Source: a virus (lineage: Duplodnaviria > Caudoviricetes). From it: 42,528 nt of DNA. The notes under the pieces were generated by a model that saw nothing but the letters and a program-made list of their open reading frames with translations, did not search any database and was not told the origin of the DNA. Where the stretch lies: the IMG/VR virus record IMGVR_UViG_3300032046_000065, positions 1 to 42,528 of that record; one strand, written 5' to 3'. The translations under genes were made by a program, and so were the position numbers. Numbering within the stretch: position 1 is the first letter of the stretch; each line of letters begins with the position of its first letter. Shown piece by piece: positions 23,897 through 33,990 of this stretch.

Positions 23897-26800
23897 TCAC
23901 GGATTCGCCCTACGCTCCTTTTCGTCGTAAGTCTGGAGACTAGCCCCGAAGAACGCCAAGATACTGAGAATGGTCGCTTCGGGAACGCCGTTGGCTTTCA
24001 TGGTTTCGTAGATGTCCAGTGGCGCCATCGGCATAAAAAGGTCGGCGGCGGTCGAGGCCGGTGTCATAGGTTCCCCGATGTAGGTCTTGCCGGCGGTGAC
24101 GGAGACACCAGCGCCAAACACAGGGCTTAACTTTGACCGCACGAAATCCCCTATCACGTCGAGCATGTCTCCCGCGCCATAGGTCGTCTTTTCTCCGCGC
24201 AGAGCAATCGTTTTGCCCGTCACGGTCACCTTTTCACCCGTTATCAGGCGACTCAGAAAAACCGTTGCCTGAGACAATCCAGCAAGCGGGTCGAGCAGGG
24301 TCTTGCCTACTCGGATTTTCCCGAACGTGGATTTGCGCGGGTCGTAGCCGATTTCCAAACCTGCCGCCTCAGCCAAACCGTATATCACAGCCATGCCTAT
24401 CAGAAATCGTGCGTACTCCCCAGCAATCAGAAGTCGGACTTTGACGGTCCCTCGGAGCGGAACCTTGCCGGACAAGATGCCATGCCAGAGCGGTTGTCCG
24501 ATAAGGAACTCGAAGCGGCTGATGAGATTGCGCGGAGCAAAGAAAACCGAGTTGAGTCCTGTAAGCGCACTGCCGTATTTCCCACCACCACCGCGACCCG
24601 TCACCACGTTGACAAAGTTGGCAATGATCTTGCCCTCCGCTGGCGTCAATGTACGGCCCTTCGCCAGCGTAGCAGCAAGAACGTCGTAGGAATCCGCACG
24701 CGAGATGTTCAATGTCGTTGTGTAAGCCCGCTGTGACGCGGCCACACCGGGAATCTTCTCGGCGTAGCGCGACATAAACATCTCTTCCATCTTTGCCAGT
24801 GACGTACCGTGTTCGGTCAGGTTGAGTCCGTCGCGGACATAGTTGGGGAAGTTGGGCCGCTCCGTGATTTCGAGGTCAATCTTATGTTCGCCCCGCTTAG
24901 TCACGCCCCTAAACATCGCGGGCACGGTCTTTTTCAAGGTCCGTATCGGATGGGAAACACTCGTGATTAGGTTCTGGCGCAAGAGGGCCGAGAGGTCGAA
25001 ACTGGACTTTATAGCGCGCGGAAGATTGAGGGCTTCCTGCCCCAGCCCAACGATTTTCTGCAACACCGTCCTTTGGGCCATGCGTAACTTGAAGTTGCCC
25101 TCGTTGAACTCCTTTTTGATTCTGTCGCGCTCAAACTTCAATTCCAACATTTCTTTGTCCAGCGCGATGGGTTCGCGTTTAGGCGGTTTGGCAAAGTCGC
25201 CCGCCTCTATTTTGGCCATCAAGTCGGTGATTTCGTTCTCCCAGCGTGTTCGGAGCGACTGGACGGCTGACTTCAACTGCGTTTCGGGGTCAGGGATATT
25301 GTAACCGCCCTGTCGCTTGGCATCGTTCACCTTCTTGATGAGTTCGCGCCGTGCATCGCTTGGCGACTGACGCTCGAAACCCGTCTTGGCCGGAGCGCGT
25401 CCTTCGGCCATATCCTCCAACTTGGCGAGTTCTTGGAGTTCGCCTTGGTTCTGCCGGACTTCGGCCTTGAGCGCGTCCTTGTCTAAAAAACGCCACTTGC
25501 CGTATCCCGAAATTGCATCCATCGTCTCGCGGCGGGAGATGGTCTTTTCGAGCGTGGTCAGGAAATCGTGAGTGGCATCCACCGCCGCATCGCGCGAGAG
25601 GCCGCGCGCGATAAAGATGGTAAAGAGTTCCTGGATGTCACTCGTCAACCCGCGTGGTTCTTTTCCGGCGGCTGTCGCACGAGCGTATTTGGCCGCGATG
25701 CGTTGCTGCATTTCATCCAGACGCTTCGCGTGAATCTCTTTCCAGACCTGCCCGAAATACGGCCGCGCTTTCATTGCCAGTTCACCAAGTTCCTTCGCCA
25801 TTTCCTCCGCCCAAATCTCGAACTTACGGATACCGCCCTCGAAGTAAAAGCCGCCGATTTTCGTTAGGTCGGCTATCGCCTCGACATCCACTCCGACTGT
25901 CAACCGGCCCATCTTGCTTCTGAAACTCGCCAGGGCCACATCATGTTGCGACCGCGTGAAGACCCTGTTGGTCTCACCGAATCGCGGAGAGGTTGGCCGG
26001 AGCGTGGTGGATTTCGACTTGGCTAGAGAAAGTTCCTCGATGCGTTTTGTGACCCTCGTTGTCTTGGCCGCTTCCTCACGAGCCGCGACCGCCTTTTCGC
26101 GTTCCACCAGCGCCGCTTCGACCGTCGCCAACCGTTCATGTTCGGCCTTGATTTTCATCAATTCCGCGTCAGTCAGACGTTTGCCGCCTTTGGCCGCCTG
26201 TTGCTTGCGCACCATGCCCGCAAGCGAGTAATCTTGCGCCAGTTCGATTTGACGGGCCACGCCAGTGCGCCCCCAAACCGTCCCCGCGACCTGCGTTGCC
26301 ACATCGAGTTCGTTCAACTTGGCGTCGTAGGCGTCGGCCACTGCCTGTGCCGTTGCCTTCGCCGCATCGTCGCCCCTCTCGGCGGCGGAAAAAAGGTTGT
26401 CCGTGGCTTCTTGGTAGGCATTTTTCAGACTGCGCCTGTGGTTCTGCAAGACGGCGATTTCCACTTGGTCGAGAGCCTGCGGTTCTTCACGGAGTTTTTG
26501 GATCAACCGCTGCGGAAGTTCGGGGTCGGCCTCGACCCGCTTCTTGGCTTCATCCAACCACTGTCGTTGTGTTTCTGGTGTTGGTTTTGGCAACGGTTCG
26601 GCCCCGCGCGCCACGCGCTCGGCCTCCATAATGGCCTTTTTGATGGAGGTCGTTTCAGGCTTCGCTTCCGGCGCGGCTTTGGCCTCCGCCCCTGCCGCTA
26701 TCATTTGGTCTGGCGTGACTCCGTATCGCTTTGAGATTTCTTTTAAGAGCGCCTTGACCCCGACATCACCCCGCGTTGCCATTGTCATTGTAAGACGTTG

Positions 26801-28348
26801 ATTGTATTCCTGCATGGCAGCACGGGCAGGTTCTACTGCGGGGATAGCGGGGACAACCGCCTCCGGTTTGACCCCAGGAGCCACTTCGGGGGCCGTTCGT
26901 GGCTCTGCGGGCATCCTGGGGGCTTCTGCGGGCTTGGGTGGAGACGACAGAACCTTGACGGCTTGCTGCATTTCGGGCGGCAATTCCCGCTTCCCCAAAT
27001 TAGCCATCATATCGTCAAGTGACCTTGCAATCGCCGCAGGTTCTTGGCCCGTTCTTGCCGCGAAGTCCTGTATCAACCGTTCGCGCTCGGTCAATGTCCC
27101 TGGCGCATGTGTGTTCAGCCATGCCTGTACGGAATCCAAGCCGGTCAACTGCGCCCCGACCAACTTGACCCCCGGCGCGACACCCTGAAGAAGAACGCCC
27201 TGTGCCGCGCCAAACAGTGTGGCTTTCGCAAGGTCTTCCGGCGTGATATTGGGGTTGGTCGCGTAGGCGCTTGCGGCGCTTTGGGCCGCAATGATTCCGC
27301 CCCATGCCGTCGCTTCTTCGGGGAATCCTGCGTAGGCCAACTTTAACGCCGCCCTGAAACCTTCTCGCTTTCCGACTTCACGGATAGCAGTCATCGATCC
27401 CGCTTCCGCAAGTTCTTTTCCACCCGCCGCCGCAATACCTCGCGCCGCCGCACCGCCGATGGGACCAAGCGGTGATATGGCGTACCCTGTCATGCCACCG
27501 ACAAACCGCGACCATCCCGGCGTCGTCTCATCTATGGCGTTGAACGCAGCGGCCATTTTGGCCAGCATCTCGTCACGGGCCTGTGTCCCGATGCTGGACA
27601 TCAGGCCAAGTGTTCCAAACGTGAATCCGTCCGCCGCAGACATTTCAACACCAATCATGGCCCTGGCCCAGTAGGGCATTTCGGCCACACCTTCGGCGAC
27701 GGATTTTGCGCGCCGAGACAGGGCGTATCTTGGGCCAAGTCCGAGTTCTTCGTGAACGTACTGCTGGAAGATGGGCGCGAATCCTTGACCTACCTGGTCC
27801 CACATTTCAAGTGGTTTGTCCCGCAAGACAACCAGTTCACCTTCGCGCAAAGTCTTGGCCGCAGAATCCACCACGTCCATCGCCTTGTTGTAAGCCGACC
27901 ATCGTTGATCCGGTGGAAGTCTGTATGTCTGCGAAGCCGAGTGAACCGCCTCGATGAAGTCCATCCGTTTTCGCGTCAACTCCATTGCGTTCCCGTTGCC
28001 AATGATGGGAGCCATGCGACCACTCTCTGCCACCAGTGCATCCACCGCCGCCTTGTGTGCAGTCTGCGGAACAGGCGTGGTCAATTCTATCTGCCTACGC
28101 GCGGCCTCCGGCGTCATCCCGCGTTCAGTCAAGACCACCGCTCGTTCGCCATCTTCCAGGAGAAGTCCGAAATCTTTGGCGAATTGCAAGGTGTCCCTTG
28201 CCCGCTTTCCCGTTTCGGCGGGTGTCTCGCGGGGTCGTGGGGCAGGCGCGGCGGGCGCAGAAACAATGGGGTCAGACGGTTCCCATTCTTCTTCGGCTAC
28301 CGCCGTTCCTTCACCCACTATCGGGTCGGTTGGTTTCCATTCATCCAT
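23897..28348 (-). CDS. Large internal virion/DNA-ejection protein (T7 gp16-like position)
   Basis: ~1480 aa, helical, with hydrophobic C-terminal segments; TAATG coupling at 28348; position after the tail genes. Confidence 0.65.
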   Translation of the reverse strand: MDEWKPTDPIVGEGTAVAEEEWEPSDPIVSAPAAPAPRPRETPAETGKRARDTLQFAKDFGLLLEDGERAVVLTERGMTPEAARRQIELTTPVPQTAHKAAVDALVAESGRMAPIIGNGNAMELTRKRMDFIEAVHSASQTYRLPPDQRWSAYNKAMDVVDSAAKTLREGELVVLRDKPLEMWDQVGQGFAPIFQQYVHEELGLGPRYALSRRAKSVAEGVAEMPYWARAMIGVEMSAADGFTFGTLGLMSSIGTQARDEMLAKMAAAFNAIDETTPGWSRFVGGMTGYAISPLGPIGGAAARGIAAAGGKELAEAGSMTAIREVGKREGFRAALKLAYAGFPEEATAWGGIIAAQSAASAYATNPNITPEDLAKATLFGAAQGVLLQGVAPGVKLVGAQLTGLDSVQAWLNTHAPGTLTERERLIQDFAARTGQEPAAIARSLDDMMANLGKRELPPEMQQAVKVLSSPPKPAEAPRMPAEPRTAPEVAPGVKPEAVVPAIPAVEPARAAMQEYNQRLTMTMATRGDVGVKALLKEISKRYGVTPDQMIAAGAEAKAAPEAKPETTSIKKAIMEAERVARGAEPLPKPTPETQRQWLDEAKKRVEADPELPQRLIQKLREEPQALDQVEIAVLQNHRRSLKNAYQEATDNLFSAAERGDDAAKATAQAVADAYDAKLNELDVATQVAGTVWGRTGVARQIELAQDYSLAGMVRKQQAAKGGKRLTDAELMKIKAEHERLATVEAALVEREKAVAAREEAAKTTRVTKRIEELSLAKSKSTTLRPTSPRFGETNRVFTRSQHDVALASFRSKMGRLTVGVDVEAIADLTKIGGFYFEGGIRKFEIWAEEMAKELGELAMKARPYFGQVWKEIHAKRLDEMQQRIAAKYARATAAGKEPRGLTSDIQELFTIFIARGLSRDAAVDATHDFLTTLEKTISRRETMDAISGYGKWRFLDKDALKAEVRQNQGELQELAKLEDMAEGRAPAKTGFERQSPSDARRELIKKVNDAKRQGGYNIPDPETQLKSAVQSLRTRWENEITDLMAKIEAGDFAKPPKREPIALDKEMLELKFERDRIKKEFNEGNFKLRMAQRTVLQKIVGLGQEALNLPRAIKSSFDLSALLRQNLITSVSHPIRTLKKTVPAMFRGVTKRGEHKIDLEITERPNFPNYVRDGLNLTEHGTSLAKMEEMFMSRYAEKIPGVAASQRAYTTTLNISRADSYDVLAATLAKGRTLTPAEGKIIANFVNVVTGRGGGGKYGSALTGLNSVFFAPRNLISRFEFLIGQPLWHGILSGKVPLRGTVKVRLLIAGEYARFLIGMAVIYGLAEAAGLEIGYDPRKSTFGKIRVGKTLLDPLAGLSQATVFLSRLITGEKVTVTGKTIALRGEKTTYGAGDMLDVIGDFVRSKLSPVFGAGVSVTAGKTYIGEPMTPASTAADLFMPMAPLDIYETMKANGVPEATILSILAFFGASLQTYDEKERRANP

Positions 28349-30183
28349 TACTGTCTTATCCGTGGTCTGGTTTCGTCTTTCCAAAAGTATTGTGTTCCAC
28401 GAGGCAGTGACTCAACTGCCGCCCTCGTTGAAACTCGCACAGGGGCAGACGCGACAGGTGGCGTTTTGGCAACCGCAGGCGCGGGAACCATGCGAATCTG
28501 CCCCTTCTCCCTCAACCACGCCCCGAACTTCTCCGGTGTCATGCCTTCTTCGTGCGCCTTGGTAATTTGATCCTGCGTCCATCCGCCCACAGGTTCATAG
28601 GATTTCCATATCCATCCGCCGGTCACTTTGGCTTTGGAAAGTGCCTCAAAGTCCCGCCGCTTGACTTCTTCCGGCAAACTCGTCCACGGAACGGATACCT
28701 GCCCCGGAACGATTTCGGCTTCGGGGTACTTCTCCTTGATGAGCCGCATGGCCTGGTCGAGATTTGCCTGGTCGCCTTCTAGGTTGACCAGCGCGTGGGC
28801 CACGGCCTTTTCCCAAGCCTTCGATTTGGTGTCATCCTGCCAGAACGTGATGACGCCGGGGGGATTGCCTGGTAAGATGCGCCCGCCAATCTTGATGTCA
28901 CCAAAGACCCCCTGGACATGAGCAGGAGTGTAAATTGCCAACGACGGTGCATCTTTCCACGCGGGAATCCTGTTGCTTCCTTCTGTCCAGACTTGCTCCG
29001 GCGTCCAGTTGTTCTTTTTCGCGTCCTGCGATAGTTGCCACTTGAAGTCGGCCAAGTCGTTGATTCCGCGCTGTTTGGCGGATTCCGTGACGGCATCGAG
29101 CATGTCGGCTGTGGCCTTGTCGGTCCGGTCGCCGCGCTTGGCAACCATCAGGCGCAGACTTTCATAATCCTCGTCGCTAAGCGTCTGGCCCACTGTCAAG
29201 GCCGTGTCCAGCCTGTTCAGAAATGCCTTGACTTCGCTTTCCGGCGTATCGTCTCGAATCTGAAGCGCCGCATCTATAAAATCGCTTTTGATTTTCGGGT
29301 CCGATTTCACGGTCCGTCCCGCCAGTATCCCGTCCAAGAATCTATGCATTTCTCGTATCGTCTCCGCCGGGAACATGGCGGTGTTCTGCACCAACATCTT
29401 GCGGAGTTCCTCCACTTTGGCATACTTTTCTTCCGATGGAAGCGAACGGGCCGCAATGGCCTGCCCCACCATTTCGGACAGCCATGCATCCCTGCGCTGT
29501 TGCTCTCCGCGCTCTATCACCCCTTCCAACTTGTTGATGGATTCCTTCTGCTCGACCGACAACGGCAACTTCCGCGCCTGCTCGATGAATCCCCTGGCCC
29601 CCTGCAAATCGCCGCCTGCCAGAGCACCGCTCGCCTGCGCTATGGCCGAAGTCATCGGCAGGTTTCGGATTTCCTCGTCAATCTGCGCTCCCAGTTCAGG
29701 GAAGGCCACTCTTCGTATTTCGAGTTGTTTGGCCGCTTCATCCACGCGGCCAGCCTCGACGAATCGGCGGACATTGATTTCGCTCTGGTCGAAAAGTCTC
29801 TTTTCCTTGATGGCCTTCGCCTGCTGCGCGAATCTGTCCTTCCATCCCGCCAGCGACTCTTCCACGTGCGCCGAGAAAGCGTTCTGTACCCGGATGTTCT
29901 TCGCCTGCAACTTGAACACGCCAGCCTCGGCTGCTTCACGAATCTTCGCCGCACTTTCTTCGTCCGGTGCTTCTTCGGCATCCCGCAACGCGGAAAGCAT
30001 CGTCTCGTCCGCCTGTCTCTTCAGTGTGGTGAGCTCGATGGCGTTTTTGGCGGCCTCCATGTCTGCCTGAATGCGTTGACCGGTTTCCTCGTGGCTGTAT
30101 AACGGCTCGTCTTCCCATCCCGCTTGCGCGGGCGGTGGCGCATCACGTAGTCGCCGCTGGTATATGGACGGAAACTTAGGCAT
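28348..30183 (-). CDS. Internal virion/ejection protein (gp15-like position)
   Basis: 611-aa helical protein starting MPKFP..Y, directly before the large ejection protein. Confidence 0.6.
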   Translation of the reverse strand: MPKFPSIYQRRLRDAPPPAQAGWEDEPLYSHEETGQRIQADMEAAKNAIELTTLKRQADETMLSALRDAEEAPDEESAAKIREAAEAGVFKLQAKNIRVQNAFSAHVEESLAGWKDRFAQQAKAIKEKRLFDQSEINVRRFVEAGRVDEAAKQLEIRRVAFPELGAQIDEEIRNLPMTSAIAQASGALAGGDLQGARGFIEQARKLPLSVEQKESINKLEGVIERGEQQRRDAWLSEMVGQAIAARSLPSEEKYAKVEELRKMLVQNTAMFPAETIREMHRFLDGILAGRTVKSDPKIKSDFIDAALQIRDDTPESEVKAFLNRLDTALTVGQTLSDEDYESLRLMVAKRGDRTDKATADMLDAVTESAKQRGINDLADFKWQLSQDAKKNNWTPEQVWTEGSNRIPAWKDAPSLAIYTPAHVQGVFGDIKIGGRILPGNPPGVITFWQDDTKSKAWEKAVAHALVNLEGDQANLDQAMRLIKEKYPEAEIVPGQVSVPWTSLPEEVKRRDFEALSKAKVTGGWIWKSYEPVGGWTQDQITKAHEEGMTPEKFGAWLREKGQIRMVPAPAVAKTPPVASAPVRVSTRAAVESLPRGTQYFWKDETRPRIRQ

Positions 30184-30328
30184 CCCAAAATCTCCTATGC
30201 CCGGTTAAAAGCGTTTGCTTCTTCGGTTTCTCCAGCCTGCCACGAAGGGTCTCCAACTCGCGCTGCGCAGCCTCGCGTGCCAACATGAGCAAGTCGGTCG
30301 ATTTCTCCGGCTTTTTTTCTTGTTGCAT
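30176..30328 (-). CDS. Possible 50-aa protein
   Basis: MQQEKKPEK...KQTLLTG...; fills the gap but has no clear SD. Confidence 0.3.
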   Translation of the reverse strand: MQQEKKPEKSTDLLMLAREAAQRELETLRGRLEKPKKQTLLTGHRRFWDA

Positions 30329-30358
30329 TTATGCTGCCGTCTTGTTATTTGGTCTCTT

Positions 30359-30994
30359 TTAGGAGGTGCGGAGAGACCTGGTGTATTCAATCCAAGCCGC
30401 GTAAAGCCAGAGTTTGTCCGTGGTGTGCGCTGCGGGAACGAGCGACAGGTTCAGGAACCCCGGATGCCCCACGATGTTCGACGCACTTAGTGTAACCGTC
30501 TTTTCCTCAATCGTATTCGTACTGGCTAAGGCGGTCGTGCTTCCGCCCATTTCCGTATCGGCGGCATAGGCACTTCCGGTCACGGTATTTTCAAACGCTT
30601 GCACGTCAATCGTGCAATCATCCGTGCCAGTATTTCGGGCCAGAAGCAAGTGGATGATGACATTCGCCGCCGGGTCAAGGTCCGGGGGCCACGGCACAGG
30701 GGGAAACTGGGCTTCGTTTGAATCGCTTGCAGCCCATTCAATGCGAAGGGCCTTGTCCGTGGCGGCGTTGACCCGTTTCAGGAGTGGGGTCGAATCGACC
30801 GCCATAATTCCGCCGTGGGCGGCGAGGTTCTGGATTTCATTGGTGGCGATTTCCCTGAGCGCACAGATGTCCAGCGGGATGAACGCTTGGGCGGAGAGCA
30901 AGTCGCTCCGAACCGTGTTGGCGTCCAGGTCGTCAATGGCGATGCGTCTGCCAAAGAAGTCCTCCGGCGAGTAATACGTTACTGGTGCAGTCAT
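30359..30994 (-). CDS. Beta-rich virion-associated protein (decoration-like)
   Basis: SD AAGGAG; within the structural operon. Confidence 0.6.
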   Translation of the reverse strand: MTAPVTYYSPEDFFGRRIAIDDLDANTVRSDLLSAQAFIPLDICALREIATNEIQNLAAHGGIMAVDSTPLLKRVNAATDKALRIEWAASDSNEAQFPPVPWPPDLDPAANVIIHLLLARNTGTDDCTIDVQAFENTVTGSAYAADTEMGGSTTALASTNTIEEKTVTLSASNIVGHPGFLNLSLVPAAHTTDKLWLYAAWIEYTRSLRTS

Positions 30995-31012
30995 GTGATT
31001 CTCCTTTATCTA

Positions 31013-31606
31013 TCAATCGTGATAACCACCTTCAAACCAATACTCCAGCGTCGTCTGTCCAGCCACGGGAACCTCCCACAGCCGAACGAGCGTACCATCT
31101 TGTAGTGGGACTCCCCCTTGCGCATTAAGACCGAAATCGAAGCCATTCCTTGCCGTGCCAGTTCGTCCGCCCGCAAGGGCCGTCCAACTCGTACCATATC
31201 CGGTCGATGTCTTTTCGACTTCCGTAAAATCATAGGTGAATTGATACGCGGGATAGGTTCCACTTCTTACTCCATCGTCAAGAATGGCCCAGAAACTTTC
31301 CTTATCGTCTAACGGCCCGCTCCACGGGTCTTCCTCGTCAGGCTTTTTGGCCGCTTCGATTTTCTGGTCAACATCCCCAAGCGAATCGGCCACTTCTTCG
31401 CCGAACCGCAAAAGCATCTCCCCGTCGGGGACACTTGGCAATAGGGCAAAAGCCCGTTGAACATCTTGCGCCCATGCAACCACTTTTTCAACACTATCCG
31501 ATGCGCTGGGCGGCTTGAGCCTTTTGATGCTCCCTGCCATATCCAAAATGGCGGAAACCAGATGCTCGAAGTTTTCAAGATTGCTCAAATCGACCATGTT
31601 AGACAT
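31013..31606 (-). CDS. Putative tail-associated protein
   Basis: Structural operon; FWA...Y.F.EV...W....GGRTG pattern. Confidence 0.55.
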   Translation of the reverse strand: MSNMVDLSNLENFEHLVSAILDMAGSIKRLKPPSASDSVEKVVAWAQDVQRAFALLPSVPDGEMLLRFGEEVADSLGDVDQKIEAAKKPDEEDPWSGPLDDKESFWAILDDGVRSGTYPAYQFTYDFTEVEKTSTGYGTSWTALAGGRTGTARNGFDFGLNAQGGVPLQDGTLVRLWEVPVAGQTTLEYWFEGGYHD

Positions 31607-31616
31607 CTTCCCTTTT

Positions 31617-32729
31617 TTAGGACAAGTATGAGTTCAGAAGCGCGAAACTCACCTTAGCGTGCGGCAAAACGTTCTCGTCCGACGCGCCCGTGGCTTCCCA
31701 AAAACCTATGTGTTTCTTCTGGCCGGTGTCCGTTGTCGAATCTGCTTTATAAAGTGGGTTTTCCAAAGAAATATATTTGTGCAATCGTACTTTGGTTTCC
31801 TCGTCCCATCCGTCCCAGTTGACCGACATGCCCATGCGCACGTCGTAGATAAGCCCGCTCCCCCACCTTCTCTGCCGGAACCACAACTTGTCGAACCACA
31901 GTTTCCCCGCCGACACGCCGAGAATGTGGGGACAGGCATCGGAATTGAACTTGCCGAATATCGCGGTGACGGCATTGAGATTCGAGGAATCTAGAAGCGC
32001 GTGTATAGTCGGCTGGGGCTTGGGAAACGGCCAACTTTTGTCTCCCTTCACGACACGCCACTCTTTCCAGACATTGCCATCCTTGTAGGGGATTCCGATT
32101 TCCTTGCCGTTCAGGTCGATTCTTACGGGTCGCATGAGAACCGACGAATCGCATTCAAGGATACCCTTGTTGAGAACGATGAGTTCGCTGGTTTCCGAAA
32201 CGGTGTCAAAGATGCAAGTAATCTTCGCTATCCCTACCCGCCAACGACGTTCGATGGTCTTTTCACGCAACGGCGCAACCGACCACGCACCGGAAGGCAT
32301 CATCGGCATCAAGACCGGAATCGCGGATTCGGCCGCTGACTCGGCGTTGGCGTCGGCAACCAAAAACACGCGGGTTCCATAACGCCGTCCCATCCGGCCC
32401 GTCTCGAACTTCCGATAGACCTCGTACAAACCCGAAATGCCGCTGTCGTAAGGGACTTTCGGTTTGGCGTATTGGACGCCGGTGATGTAGGCTCCCTGGT
32501 CTGGCGACTTCCGAGAAGTGAGGCTACCGGTTTCAAGAACCGTATATCCCCACGGGGCCGTTTGCGCCGCCAGGTATCGGTCGCCAGGATAGGGGTCGCC
32601 TACTTTCGGGGTTTGGGCAGCACGTTTCCCGATTGGCAGATTGTAGTCCACGGTGATGAGGTCGTCTTCCAACGACTCACCATAGACCACACTTTCGGGA
32701 ATCAGTTTGACGTTTTCGCCGAGTGCCAT
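31617..32729 (-). CDS. Putative tail protein in the nozzle position
   Basis: 370-aa beta-rich ORF directly after the adaptor; P.VGDPYP motif. Confidence 0.55.
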   Translation of the reverse strand: MALGENVKLIPESVVYGESLEDDLITVDYNLPIGKRAAQTPKVGDPYPGDRYLAAQTAPWGYTVLETGSLTSRKSPDQGAYITGVQYAKPKVPYDSGISGLYEVYRKFETGRMGRRYGTRVFLVADANAESAAESAIPVLMPMMPSGAWSVAPLREKTIERRWRVGIAKITCIFDTVSETSELIVLNKGILECDSSVLMRPVRIDLNGKEIGIPYKDGNVWKEWRVVKGDKSWPFPKPQPTIHALLDSSNLNAVTAIFGKFNSDACPHILGVSAGKLWFDKLWFRQRRWGSGLIYDVRMGMSVNWDGWDEETKVRLHKYISLENPLYKADSTTDTGQKKHIGFWEATGASDENVLPHAKVSFALLNSYLS

Positions 32730-32735
32730 ACGACC

Positions 32736-33542
32736 TTACTCCGAACTTGGGGTCCAGCCCCGCCGCGCCGCCGTCCAGGTCTGCGGAGCGAGGTCCGGTT
32801 TCGAGTCTTGCAAGTTCACGATGCGCGCGCGAGCGATGACTTCCGCCAGTTCTGCCTCCAACTCGCGCTTCATCACCTTGTCGTGCAGGAGCGGCATACA
32901 AAGTTTTGCTGCGAGCGAAAGCACCAGGGCTTCCACAAAAAGCGGGTCGAAGTCGTCAGGGTCTGTCACTTGCTTAACGTAGTTGATTGCCAACTCGGAT
33001 TCATCGGTTTTCAGTAGGCCGTTGTCAATCTCGTAGTAAACGCCCGCGTCGTAAGTCCGGTGCAGACGCAAGAGGTCGCTTGGCAAGTCGAACTGGTAAG
33101 CCCACGGATACGGCGGGTAGTTTTCCCAAATCTCGTAGGTACTGGTCGAATCCGGCGTGGTCGTGAATGCGACGCTGACGGTGAGGATGGTCGCCGTATT
33201 GGACGCGATTTTGCGGATTTGGTTCGCCCCGGTCCCGCCCGTAATCCGCAGGTAGTAGTTCGCGTATCCGTTAACGCTCCACGCCTTGCCGGTGTCGTAA
33301 AGTTTCGTGCTGGTGTTGCCGGTGCCTGTGGACGTGCCTGAGTCCGCCGCCGCGTCGCGCACGAGTTCGACCCAAAGCGACGCGAACCGCCAGGGATGCG
33401 AGCGCAGGAGGGAATCCCTTGCCTGTTCGTAATGCAGGTTGCATTGAACGCCCTCATCCGTCGCGTCGGCCAAGGTGACAATCGCTGTTGCCCCGATGCG
33501 ACTGAGGGCGAGGTTGCAGACAGATACCGCAGTCATCGTCAT
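32736..33542 (-). CDS. Head-tail adaptor (tail tubular protein A, gp11-like) with an inserted beta domain
   Basis: VCNLALSRIG, Y...RD.LLRSHPWRFA, Y.F.LPSD.LR, FDPLFVEAL...LA. Confidence 0.85.
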   Translation of the reverse strand: MTMTAVSVCNLALSRIGATAIVTLADATDEGVQCNLHYEQARDSLLRSHPWRFASLWVELVRDAAADSGTSTGTGNTSTKLYDTGKAWSVNGYANYYLRITGGTGANQIRKIASNTATILTVSVAFTTTPDSTSTYEIWENYPPYPWAYQFDLPSDLLRLHRTYDAGVYYEIDNGLLKTDESELAINYVKQVTDPDDFDPLFVEALVLSLAAKLCMPLLHDKVMKRELEAELAEVIARARIVNLQDSKPDLAPQTWTAARRGWTPSSE

Positions 33543-33546
33543 TGCC

Positions 33547-33729
33547 TCACCCCTTCTTTTTAATAGTGATGGTCAGAGTTTCGCCCCCCTTGATGAGCGC
33601 GGCAAGCGTGGTGGCATCATCGGCATTCAAATGAAGTTGTTCGATTATAATCCTGTCGTTTGAATCCGCCCCGGCGTTGTAGGTAAGCCCCTGCCCGCCT
33701 TCCAGTTCGATTTCCACTTTCTGCGCCAT
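33547..33729 (-). CDS. Small hypothetical virion-region protein
   Basis: SD GAGG; 60 aa. Confidence 0.6.
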   Translation of the reverse strand: MAQKVEIELEGGQGLTYNAGADSNDRIIIEQLHLNADDATTLAALIKGGETLTITIKKKG

Positions 33730-33743
33730 GACCGTTCCTCCTT

Positions 33744-33929
33744 CTAATCGTGTCCGAAAATCCGCCGAAAGTTCCGACGATACGCCTCCGACGCCGGATG
33801 CGACCGGATACCCCGCCGTTCCATCGGCTGCCCGTCGCGGTCGGTGTACCCCGCCTTATGCGTGCGCAGGTTCACTTCGTCGCGCAGGTCGCGCTCGCTC
33901 ACGTCCGGCGGTACGAGTTCACCGTCCAA
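33744..33929 (-). CDS. Small hypothetical protein
   Basis: SD GGAG before a TTG start; C-terminal YR.NF..IFG. Confidence 0.55.
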   Translation of the reverse strand: MDGELVPPDVSERDLRDEVNLRTHKAGYTDRDGQPMERRGIRSHPASEAYRRNFRRIFGHD

Positions 33930-33941
33930 GTTCCGCTCCGT

Positions 33942-33990
33942 CTCTGGCGAGGGGGAAGCGGCCCGATTGCCGCCTCCCCCTCCACCGGGG
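33942..33990 (-). terminator. GC hairpin after the decoration gene
   Basis: GAGGGGGAAGCGGC/GCCGCCTCCCCCTC inverted repeat directly after the stop; no clear U tract. Confidence 0.4.
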
